DNA of 10,473 nt, taken from NCBI GenBank assembly GCA_964534375.1, contig CAZHPN010000201.1, positions 1-10,473 on the forward strand. Direction: 5' to 3'. The DNA comes from an uncultured bacterium (GTDB taxonomy: Bacteria; Lernaellota; Lernaellaia; Lernaellales; Lernaellaceae). Under the pieces are notes generated by a model that was given only the letters and a program-made list of their open reading frames with translations, was not told the origin of the DNA and made no database searches. The position numbers and the translations under genes were made by a program. Position 1 is the first letter of the stretch; each line of letters begins with the position of its first letter. Below are positions 1-7,216 of this stretch, piece by piece.

Positions 1-1
1 C

Positions 2-172
2 GCCGCGACCAAAGAGGCCCGCTTGGACCATCGCGGCGCGTACAACATGTTCGTCGCCGCCTATCGCGCTGCGCGCGACCTGTTTTGGCAGCAGCCGCCT
101 GCGGCCGTTTACCAATTTCCACCCGGTTCCTACGTGCCGCCGTTCGTCCCGTTGCCGCCCACGCCTGATTAG
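2..172 (+). CDS. C-terminal fragment (gene begins upstream of the window) of a probable HUH/Y1 IS200-like, REP-associated-type transposase
   Basis: The frame from nt 2 reads AATKEARLDHRGAYNMFVAAYRAARDLFWQQPPAAVYQFPPGSYVPPFVPLPPTPD-stop (TAG 170-172). The 'AY..FVAAYRAA...FPPGS..P' tail resembles, from memory, C-termini of RAYT-like transposases. Differences from the second copy are mostly synonymous, which supports real coding. The catalytic HUH/Tyr region is outside the window. Confidence 0.55.
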   Translation, partial: AATKEARLDHRGAYNMFVAAYRAARDLFWQQPPAAVYQFPPGSYVPPFVPLPPTPD

Positions 173-782
173 ACGCATCGTAAGCGCCGGCCGAATCTTC
201 CGAAACATCTGCAACAAAGGCGAAAAACTATCCGACGCACAAATCGCCGGTAAACTACCGTGCGTGAAACACCGTTTCTAGTTTTCTGGGAGGCCGAATA
301 TTCACGAAACGCGTGATTTGGCGAGGAGATTAGCAGTCGGCGACCGTGGCCGGCGGCACGTGACGCCATGCGCCGCAGAAGTGGCTGGCACCACTGCCCG
401 GCAGGACCATCGCGGCGCGTACAACATGTTCGTCAGAGCATATCGCGCCGCGCGCGACCTGTTTTGGCAGCAGCCGCCTGCCGCCATTTACCAGTTCCCG
501 CCCGGTTGTTATGTGCCACCGTTCGTCCCGTTGCCGCCCGCGCCTGATTAGGCGCATCGTAAGCGCCGGCCGAATCTTCCGAAACATCTGCAACAAAGGC
601 GAAAAACTATCCGACGCACAAATCGCCGGTAAACTACCGTGCGTGAAACACCGTTTCTAGTTTTCTGGGAGGCCGAATATTCACGAAACGCGTGATTTGG
701 CGAGGAGATTAGCAGTCGGCGACCGTGGCCGGCGGCACGTGACGCCATGCGCCGCAGAAGTGGCTGGCACCACTGCCCGGCA
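25..782 (+). repeat. 379-bp direct tandem duplication (copy 1 25-403, copy 2 404-782)
   Basis: Both copies start GGACCATCGCGGCGCGTACAACATG and end GTGGCTGGCACCACTGCCCGGCA. By manual alignment, 16 substitutions all fall at 56-173 vs 435-552, and 174-403 is identical to 553-782. Confidence 0.97.
404..551 (+). pseudogene. 5'-truncated second copy of the transposase-like C-terminal coding segment
   Basis: Encodes DHRGAYNMFVRAYRAARDLFWQQPPAAIYQFPPGCYVPPFVPLPPAPD-stop. It is joined directly to the repeat end of copy 1 and lacks the upstream gene body. Confidence 0.6.
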
Positions 783-913
783 CCACTGCCCGGCACCACT
801 GCCCGGCAGCCCGGCAGCACCACTGCCCGGCGGTCCGCGGGCGCGCCGCAGAAGTGGCTGGCACGACTGCCCGGCACGACTGCCCGGCGGGGCGAGAAGC
901 GACTGGCGCCACT
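756..913. repeat. REP-like palindrome cluster with a 13-bp tandem microarray
   Basis: AGAAGTGGCTGGCAC(C/G)ACT (AGTGG/CCACT arms) occurs at 377-395, 756-774 and 850-868, with a degenerate copy at 895-913. GGCAC(C/G)ACTGCCC units (GGCA-4nt-TGCC mini-hairpin) occur at 766-778, 779-791, 792-804, 860-872 and 873-885, with partial units at 805-828. Confidence 0.85.
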
Positions 914-978
914 ACTGGACGGTTGGACGCCCGGGAACAACCTATGACAGACGCGTTCGGCCCGCCCCCATTTTTCGC

Positions 979-1008
979 TTGCGGCTGCGCCTTTTTTGTT
1001 GTAATAAT
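979..1008 (+). promoter_or_regulatory. Putative sigma70-type promoter for tRNA-Val and possibly the downstream cluster
   Basis: TTGCGG (979-984) is followed after 17-18 nt by TAATAA/AATAAT (1002-1008), with TG just upstream. It lies in an AT-rich patch 13 nt before the tRNA. Confidence 0.55.
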
Positions 1009-1021
1009 ACGCCGTTTTTTC

Positions 1022-1093
1022 GGGCGATTAACTCAGCGGTAGAGTGCCATCCTCACACGGTGGAAGTCGCTGGTTCGAATCCAGTATCGCCCA
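1022..1093 (+). tRNA. tRNA-Val (anticodon CAC), 3' CCA not encoded
   Basis: Acceptor stem GGGCGAT/ATCGCCC with discriminator A; D arm ACTC-AGCGGTA-GAGT; anticodon stem CCATC/GGTGG with loop CTCACAC (CAC at 1054-1056); T arm GCTGG-TTCGAAT-CCAGT. Confidence 0.96.
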
Positions 1094-1173
1094 AACCGAC
1101 CGCGGCAAATTTCCCCTTCAAATCCGCTTTGTTTTGTGGCAAACTCCAAACTTCGGTTTGCGAAAGGAAGCGG

Positions 1174-2577
1174 ATGGTCCGTTACTTGCTTGCTTGCGCC
1201 GCCCTGGCCGCGCTCATCGCGAGCGTCGGCTGCGCCACCGCCGGCGCGGGGGCGAAGGTCGACAGCGTCCCGAAAACGGGCGATGCGCTCGATCTGGTGA
1301 AGCAGCCCAAGTCCCCGGAATTGCTGGCCGGAGCCGGCCCGGCGGAGATTCTCGATCACGCGCAGGCGCTGTTCGCCAAAGGCGCGGAGGAAACCCAGGC
1401 CGCTCACTACGATCAGGCCCTGGCGCTGAACAATCAGGCGCTGCAGGTGCTGCTGCTGCCGATCGATCGCGAAAAAACCCCCGACATTGCCAAGAAGATC
1501 GATTCGCTGTTCTTCGAGCTATGCCTCGCCCAGTTGCGGATCGGCCGCCTGACCGGCCGCTTCGCCCCCGTTCCCATCGAAAAGCAACTGATCGGCATCG
1601 ACTTCCACCCCGAGGTCGAGCACTGGCTCGGCTACTTCACTTTGACCGGCCGCGTGACGATGGAGCGCTACCTCGCCCGCGGCGCCAAATACCTGCCGAT
1701 GATCCGGGCGATCCTGCGCGAAGAAGGTTTGCCGGAAGATTTGGCGTATCTGCCGATCATCGAGAGCGGGTTTTCCCCCTACGCGTACAGCCGAGCGGCG
1801 GCGGTCGGCGTCTGGCAGTTTGTCGCCGCCACCGGCAAGAATTACGGGCTGACGATCGACGACTGGGTCGACGAGCGCCGCGATCCGATCAAGTCCACCC
1901 GCGCCGCGGCCCACTACCTCAAAGACCTGCATGCGATGTTTAACGATTGGGCGTTGGCCTTGGCCGCCTACAACTGCGGCGAGAACGGCGTGGCCCGCGT
2001 CATCGCGGCCACCGGGCATTCCGACTACTGGCGCCTGCCGCTGCCCGGCGAGACCATTTCGTACGTGCCAAAATTCTTCGCCGCGGCGATCATTGCGCGC
2101 GACCCGGAGATGTACGGCATTATTGTCTCGCCCGAACCGGCGCTGGACGTGACGACGGTGGAGCTGAACGGCGTCGTCGATCTGCGGCAGTTCGGGGATT
2201 TCATCGGCGTGTCGTACGAAGACCTCAAGGCCATCAACCCGGAACTGCTGGGCTCGACGACGCCCCCCAATTCGATTCCATATCGTTTGTACGTGCCCGG
2301 CGCCAAAGCCGAGCAAATCAAGAAACAACTGGCGGCGGCGCAGCCGGAGCAGATCTATCTGGAAGACAAACAAGTCGCGCAACTCAAGCGGCCGGCCGGC
2401 GGGCGCAACGGCGGCACGATCGTTTACCGCGTCAAGCACGGCGACACGCTCGCCTCGATCGCCAGCCATTACAACACGTCGGTGCACATGATCCGACGCT
2501 ACAATCCCAAAGTCAGCGGCAAGTATCTGCAAGCCGGCATGCGCCTCCGGATTCCGGTCGGCAAGAAGGGCGAGTGA
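1174..2577 (+). CDS. mltD: MltD-like lipoprotein lytic murein transglycosylase (SLT domain + C-terminal LysM), 467 aa
   Basis: ATG 1174 follows AAGGAAG. The N-terminus is a signal peptide with lipobox (MVRYLLACAALAALIASVG-C). SLT motifs: IIESGF (catalytic Glu), AVGVWQF, DERRDP, ALAAYNCGE. LysM: YRVKHGDTLASIASHYNTSV...NP...LQAGMRLRIP. Confidence 0.9.
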   Translation: MVRYLLACAALAALIASVGCATAGAGAKVDSVPKTGDALDLVKQPKSPELLAGAGPAEILDHAQALFAKGAEETQAAHYDQALALNNQALQVLLLPIDREKTPDIAKKIDSLFFELCLAQLRIGRLTGRFAPVPIEKQLIGIDFHPEVEHWLGYFTLTGRVTMERYLARGAKYLPMIRAILREEGLPEDLAYLPIIESGFSPYAYSRAAAVGVWQFVAATGKNYGLTIDDWVDERRDPIKSTRAAAHYLKDLHAMFNDWALALAAYNCGENGVARVIAATGHSDYWRLPLPGETISYVPKFFAAAIIARDPEMYGIIVSPEPALDVTTVELNGVVDLRQFGDFIGVSYEDLKAINPELLGSTTPPNSIPYRLYVPGAKAEQIKKQLAAAQPEQIYLEDKQVAQLKRPAGGRNGGTIVYRVKHGDTLASIASHYNTSVHMIRRYNPKVSGKYLQAGMRLRIPVGKKGE

Positions 2578-2592
2578 TCGCCGATCGTGCGC

Positions 2593-4107
2593 ATGGCCGC
2601 CAATCCCGAAAACCCCGATTACACCAACGGCCGCGTCGCTCGCTCGCCATTTGTCTTCGCGGCGGCGGCGTTAATCGGCGCTGCCTCCGTCGCCTCCCTG
2701 CTGCTTTTCACGGTCGTTGCGGCCCTGCGCCTGCGTTTCCCGTTCGAGCTGGAATGGCTGGAGGGACTGGTGCTCGACCACGTGCGGCGCGTCGTGGCCG
2801 GATTGCCGGTCTATCCGCCGCCGTCGCTGGATTTCATTCCGGCGGTTTATGCGCCGTTTTATTACTATGTCGCCGCGGCGGCCGGCGGCGTCTTCGGCGA
2901 CGGATTCTTCCCGTTGCGCCTGGTTTCGTTCACCGCCGCTCTCGGCTGTTTCGCCGTGATTTTCGAGATTGTCCGCCGAGAGACGCGCGCGCCGCTGTGG
3001 GCCGTTTTCGCCGCGGGACTCTTTGCGGCGGCCAACAGCGTGTGCGGCTACTATCTCGACCTGGCGCGCGTGGATTCCTTGTTCCTTTTCTTCTTCTTGG
3101 CGACGGTCCTCCTCGTTCGCTTTGGCGAGTCGGCGGCGCTCGGCGTCGCCGCCGGCTTGCTGGCCGCGGCGGCGACGTTCACCAAGCAATCGGCGGCCCC
3201 GGCCCTGGCGCCGCTGCTGTGCTGGGCCGTCTGTTATCGCCGCCAGCGGGCCTGGCCGTTGCTGGCGACCTTTGCCGCGGCCTCGGCGGCGACGGTTTGG
3301 CTGCTCGATCGCGCCTCGGCGGGGTGGTTTTGGCGCTACTGTTTCGTTTATCCGTCGCAACAGCCGTTGACTGCGCATTCGCCGGCGGCGTTTTGGACCG
3401 GCCTCGTGTTCGGCCACCTGCCGATCGCCGCCGTGGCCGCGGCGTCGTTTCTCGTCGCCGGGCAGCGCGCGCGGCGCAACGCCGAAACATGGTTTTACGC
3501 CGCCTTGTTGCTGGGGGCCGGCGTCACTTCGTGGCTGACCTACCTGAAAGCGGGCGCCGTCGACAACAGTCTGCTGCCCGCCGCCGCGGCGCTCGCGATC
3601 GTCGCCGCCCTGGGATTTGCCGACGCGGCCGGGCGCGCATTTGCGATGGCATGGCGCCGCCGGTTGGCGGCCGCGACGATCGGCGCGCTGTGTCTCGCGC
3701 AGTTTGCGCTGCTGCGCTACGACCCCGCGGCGCTGATTCCCAGTGCGGCGGACGCGGCGGCCGGCGCGCGATTGTTGTCGATGTTGCGCGTTTTTCCAGG
3801 CGACGTCTTCATCGTCGCGCACGGCTATCTCGGCCCGTCGATCGGCAAACGCAGCCACTCGCATCTGATGAGTTGGCAGGATGTTTTTTGCACGCGCGAC
3901 GAGGCGACCAAGCGCGCTCTCGAAGCCGAGATCACCGCCGCGTTCGAGCGCGGGCAGTTCGACGCGATCGTCCTCGACGGCCTGTATTACCCATTTGTGC
4001 AAACCATATTGAAGAGGTATCGGTTGCGCGGCCAGACGCGCGATTTTCCGAAGCAAATGCCCTGGCCGAATTTTCTGTTTGTGCGCAATGACCTCGCTCC
4101 GCCGTGA
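2593..4107 (+). CDS. Polytopic membrane GT-C glycosyltransferase (ArnT/PMT, GT39/GT83-like), paralog 1
   Basis: Many hydrophobic helices; acidic first loop FPFELEWLEG; YPPPSLDF..Y.PFYYY; DLARVDSL; TKQ; soluble C-terminal domain. The start could instead be GTG 2587. Confidence 0.8.
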   Translation: MAANPENPDYTNGRVARSPFVFAAAALIGAASVASLLLFTVVAALRLRFPFELEWLEGLVLDHVRRVVAGLPVYPPPSLDFIPAVYAPFYYYVAAAAGGVFGDGFFPLRLVSFTAALGCFAVIFEIVRRETRAPLWAVFAAGLFAAANSVCGYYLDLARVDSLFLFFFLATVLLVRFGESAALGVAAGLLAAAATFTKQSAAPALAPLLCWAVCYRRQRAWPLLATFAAASAATVWLLDRASAGWFWRYCFVYPSQQPLTAHSPAAFWTGLVFGHLPIAAVAAASFLVAGQRARRNAETWFYAALLLGAGVTSWLTYLKAGAVDNSLLPAAAALAIVAALGFADAAGRAFAMAWRRRLAAATIGALCLAQFALLRYDPAALIPSAADAAAGARLLSMLRVFPGDVFIVAHGYLGPSIGKRSHSHLMSWQDVFCTRDEATKRALEAEITAAFERGQFDAIVLDGLYYPFVQTILKRYRLRGQTRDFPKQMPWPNFLFVRNDLAPP

Positions 4108-4132
4108 GACGGCCGAAATGGGAGCAGGAAAG

Positions 4133-5686
4133 ATGAGCGAAAGCGAACAACTTCCGGCGCGACCGGGGCGTTCGCCGTTTACCCTCGCCGCCGAGGCGCT
4201 GATCGCCACGGCGTCGGTCGCGGGCCTCGTGGTTTTCGCCGCCGTCGCGTATTTTCGCATGCGCTTTCCGTTTGAATTGGAATGGATCGAGGGGTCGATG
4301 CTTGACCATGTGCGGCGGGTCATCGCGGGCCTGCCGCTGTACCCCCCGCCGTCGTTGGATTTCATTCCGGCGCTTTATCCGCCGCTTTACTACTATGTTG
4401 CGGCGCTGGCTTGCCGGGCGTTCGGCGATGGTTTGTTTGCTTTGCGGGTCGTTTCGTCGATCGCGGCGCTCGGCTGCTTTGTCCTGATTTTCGAGGTTGT
4501 TCGCCGCGAGCAACGCCGGGCGCTCTGGGCCCTGTTCGCCGCTGGGCTCTTTGCGGCGACCTACCGCGCGTGCGGCGCCTGGCTCGACCTGGCGCGCGTC
4601 GATTCGCTGTTCCTGTTCTTCCTCTTGGCGTCGATCGCGTGCGTGCGGTTCGGCGACTCGGCGGCGGCGGGCGTGGCCGCCGGCTTGTTGGCCGCCGCGG
4701 CAACGCTCACCAAGCAAACGGCGTTGCCGGCGCTGGCCCCGCTGGTTTGCTGGACCGTCTTCTATCGACGCCGGCGCGCCGTCCCGTTGTTGGCGAGCTT
4801 TGGCGCGGCGTTCGCGGTCGCCGCGTTTCTGCTCGATCGGGCGTCGGCCGGCTGGTTTTGGCGCTACTGCTTCACATATCAGGCGCAGCAGCCCATGAGC
4901 GGCCATTCGCCGTGGGCGTTCTGGACGGTTTTCATTTTCGGCCAAACGCCGATTGCGGCCATGGCGGCGGTCGCGTATCTCGCTGGCGGGTGGTTCGGGC
5001 GGCGGAACGCGGAGACCTGGTTTTACGCGGCGTTGCTGGCCGGAACCGGCGGCATCTCCTGGCTCGCGTACACGAAAAGCGGCGGCGCCGACAACAATTT
5101 TCTGCCGCTCGCGGCCGTCCTGGCGATCGTCGCCGCGCTCGGCTTCGCCGAGGCGGTGCGGATGTTTGCCGGGCGACCGAGGGCGCAGCGCCTGGCGATC
5201 GCCGCGATCGCCGCCCTCTGTCTGGCGCAGTTTGCGTCGCTGCGTTACGACCCCGCGGCGCTGGTTCCGAGCCCGGCGGACGCGGCCGCCGGTGGGCGGC
5301 TGCTCGCCACGCTGCGCGTCTTTCCGGGCGAGGTGTTCATTGCGGGGCATGGCTATCTCGGGCCGTCAATCGGCAAACGCAGCCACTCCCACGCGCAGGG
5401 CTGGCAAGACGTTTTTCACACGCGCGACAGCGCGGCCAAACGCGCCCTGGAGGCCGAGATCACGGCGGCGTTCGCCGGCGGGCGATTCGACGCGATCGTG
5501 CTCGACGATCTGGACTACCCCTTCCTGCGGATCCTGTTGACGCGCTATCGCTACGTCGGCGAACTTTTTCGCAACGACGAGTTTTGGCCGAAGTCCGGCA
5601 TTGTGACGCGGCCGGATTTTTTGTTCGTGCGCAACGACCCGGCGGTTTCCGAAGATGATGCGACCGGAAGTGGAAGACATGGCTGA
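4133..5686 (+). CDS. Polytopic membrane GT-C glycosyltransferase, paralog 2
   Basis: ATG 4133 follows GGGAGCAGGA. It is colinear with paralog 1: FPFELEWIEG, YPPPSLDF, DLARVDSL, TKQ, HGYLGP, FDAIVLD, FLFVRND. Confidence 0.8.
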   Translation: MSESEQLPARPGRSPFTLAAEALIATASVAGLVVFAAVAYFRMRFPFELEWIEGSMLDHVRRVIAGLPLYPPPSLDFIPALYPPLYYYVAALACRAFGDGLFALRVVSSIAALGCFVLIFEVVRREQRRALWALFAAGLFAATYRACGAWLDLARVDSLFLFFLLASIACVRFGDSAAAGVAAGLLAAAATLTKQTALPALAPLVCWTVFYRRRRAVPLLASFGAAFAVAAFLLDRASAGWFWRYCFTYQAQQPMSGHSPWAFWTVFIFGQTPIAAMAAVAYLAGGWFGRRNAETWFYAALLAGTGGISWLAYTKSGGADNNFLPLAAVLAIVAALGFAEAVRMFAGRPRAQRLAIAAIAALCLAQFASLRYDPAALVPSPADAAAGGRLLATLRVFPGEVFIAGHGYLGPSIGKRSHSHAQGWQDVFHTRDSAAKRALEAEITAAFAGGRFDAIVLDDLDYPFLRILLTRYRYVGELFRNDEFWPKSGIVTRPDFLFVRNDPAVSEDDATGSGRHG

Positions 5687-7196
5687 CCGCAAAACCCCAG
5701 AGACCGACGCGGGCCGTTCGCCCGTGGTCATCGCCGTGGCGGCGTTGATCGGCGCGCTGTCGGCCGGGTTCCTGCTGTTGTACGTGGCCGTCGCGCTGGC
5801 GCGCCTGCGCTATCCGTTCGAGTTGCAGTGGGGCGAGGGGTTGATCCTCGACCACGTGCGGCGGGTCGTCGCGGGTCTGCCGCTCTATCCGCCGCCCTCG
5901 CTGGATTTCCTGGCGGTGCTGTACTTGCCATTTTATTACTACGTCGCGGCGATCGCGTGCCGCGCGTTGGGCGACGGTTTCGCGCCGCTGCGCCTGGTCT
6001 CGTTGATCGCGTCGCTGGGCTGCTTCGGCCTGATTTTCGAAATCGTCCGCCGGGAAAAACGCGGGGCGTTATGGGCGTTGTTCGCCGCGGGCTTCTTCGC
6101 CGCGACGTATCGCGCCTGCGGCGACTGGCTCGATGTGGCGCGGGTGGATTCGCTGTTCCTGTTGTTTTTTTTGGCCGCGGTCGCCCTTGTGCGGTTTGGC
6201 GAGTCGGCGGCGGCGGGCGTGGCGGCCGGGCTGTTGGCCGCCGTGGCCACGCTCACCAAGCAAACGACATTGCCCGCGATCGCGCCGATCCTTTGCTGGG
6301 TCGTTGTCGTGCGACGCCGGCGCGCCCTGCCGTTGCTGGCGACTTATTTCGCCGCGCTGGCGGCGGCGGCGGCGGCGCTCGACCGCGCTTCGGGGGGGTG
6401 GGTTTGGCGCTACTGTTTCGTCATTCCGGCGCAACAGCCATTTAACGGCCATCCGCCATGGGCCTTCTGGACGGAATTTGTGTTGGGCCAAACCCCCGTC
6501 GCCGCGGTGGCCGTCGCGGCGCATCTCGTCGCCGGGCGGCGGCGCGCGACGACTTGGTTTTACGCGGCCCTGCTGGCCGGGACCGGCGGCATTTCGTGGC
6601 TGACCTACACGAAAGCCCAAGGCGCGGAAAACGATTTTCTGACCGCCGCGGCGGCGATGGCCATTGTCGCCGCGCTGGGCTTTGCCGATGCGGCGAAGCG
6701 TTTCTCCGAGACCGCGCCGCGGCGGCGGCTGGCGGCGGCGGCGATCGGCGCGGCGTGCCTCGTGCAGTTTGCGTTGTTGCGATACGACGCCGCGGCGCAG
6801 GTTCCGCGCCTGGCGGCCGCGGCGGCCGGCGCGCGGTTGCTGCAGACGCTGCGCGCTTTTCCGGGCGAGGTTTTTATCCCGGCGCACGGCTATCTCGGCC
6901 CGTTCATCGGCAAGCGCAGTTACTCGCACGTGGCGATTTGGCAAGACATCTTTCTCACGCCGGACACGGCGCTGCGGCGCACCCTGGCGGCCGAGATCAC
7001 CGCGGCATTCGACCGCGGGCGATTCGACGCGATCGTGCTCGACGGCCTGCAATACCCCTATCTGCAGGTCATTCTCACGCGCTACCGGTACATGGGCGAG
7101 CTTTTTCGAAAGGGCGAGACCGATGGTTTTCGCGTGCAGGCGCCATGGCCGAACTTCTTGTTTGTGCGCAATGACCTGGTCCCGCCGGGACGCTGA
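5679..7196 (+). CDS. Polytopic membrane GT-C glycosyltransferase, paralog 3
   Basis: ATG 5679 overlaps the paralog 2 stop (ATGGCTGA) and follows GGAAG. Same motifs: YPFELQWGEG, YPPPSLDF, DVARVDSL, TKQ, FDAIVLD. Confidence 0.8.
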   Translation: MADRKTPETDAGRSPVVIAVAALIGALSAGFLLLYVAVALARLRYPFELQWGEGLILDHVRRVVAGLPLYPPPSLDFLAVLYLPFYYYVAAIACRALGDGFAPLRLVSLIASLGCFGLIFEIVRREKRGALWALFAAGFFAATYRACGDWLDVARVDSLFLLFFLAAVALVRFGESAAAGVAAGLLAAVATLTKQTTLPAIAPILCWVVVVRRRRALPLLATYFAALAAAAAALDRASGGWVWRYCFVIPAQQPFNGHPPWAFWTEFVLGQTPVAAVAVAAHLVAGRRRATTWFYAALLAGTGGISWLTYTKAQGAENDFLTAAAAMAIVAALGFADAAKRFSETAPRRRLAAAAIGAACLVQFALLRYDAAAQVPRLAAAAAGARLLQTLRAFPGEVFIPAHGYLGPFIGKRSYSHVAIWQDIFLTPDTALRRTLAAEITAAFDRGRFDAIVLDGLQYPYLQVILTRYRYMGELFRKGETDGFRVQAPWPNFLFVRNDLVPPGR

Positions 7197-7216
7197 ACAC
7201 GAGGCTAGGCAGGCCG

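Noticed and set aside
318..551. 77-aa ORF as a genuine gene
   Set aside because: It is a chance in-frame fusion across the duplication junction, with a TTG start lacking an upstream SD.
56..552. Diversity-generating retroelement TR/VR pair
   Set aside because: The mismatches are not adenine-specific on either strand (they include C/T, G/C and C/G), most are synonymous, and no reverse transcriptase is visible.
756..913. CRISPR array
   Set aside because: The 13-bp units abut without unique spacers, and no cas genes are present.
1060..1100. tRNA-Val as an integration (att) site
   Set aside because: No duplicate of the tRNA 3' end and no integrase were seen in the window.
697..1173. 159-aa N-terminal extension of mltD from the ORF track
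   Set aside because: It reads through the repeats, promoter and tRNA. ATG 1174 has an SD and begins a lipoprotein signal peptide.
1136..1175. c-di-GMP-I riboswitch (GGCAAAC...GAAA)
   Set aside because: It lacks the downstream GACGCAAAG-type element and the second stem.
6165..6398. Phase-variation tracts in paralog 3 (T8 6165-6172, (GCG)6, G7 6392-6398)
   Set aside because: The tracts are short, the frame is intact, and they are explained by Phe/Leu, Ala and Gly codons.
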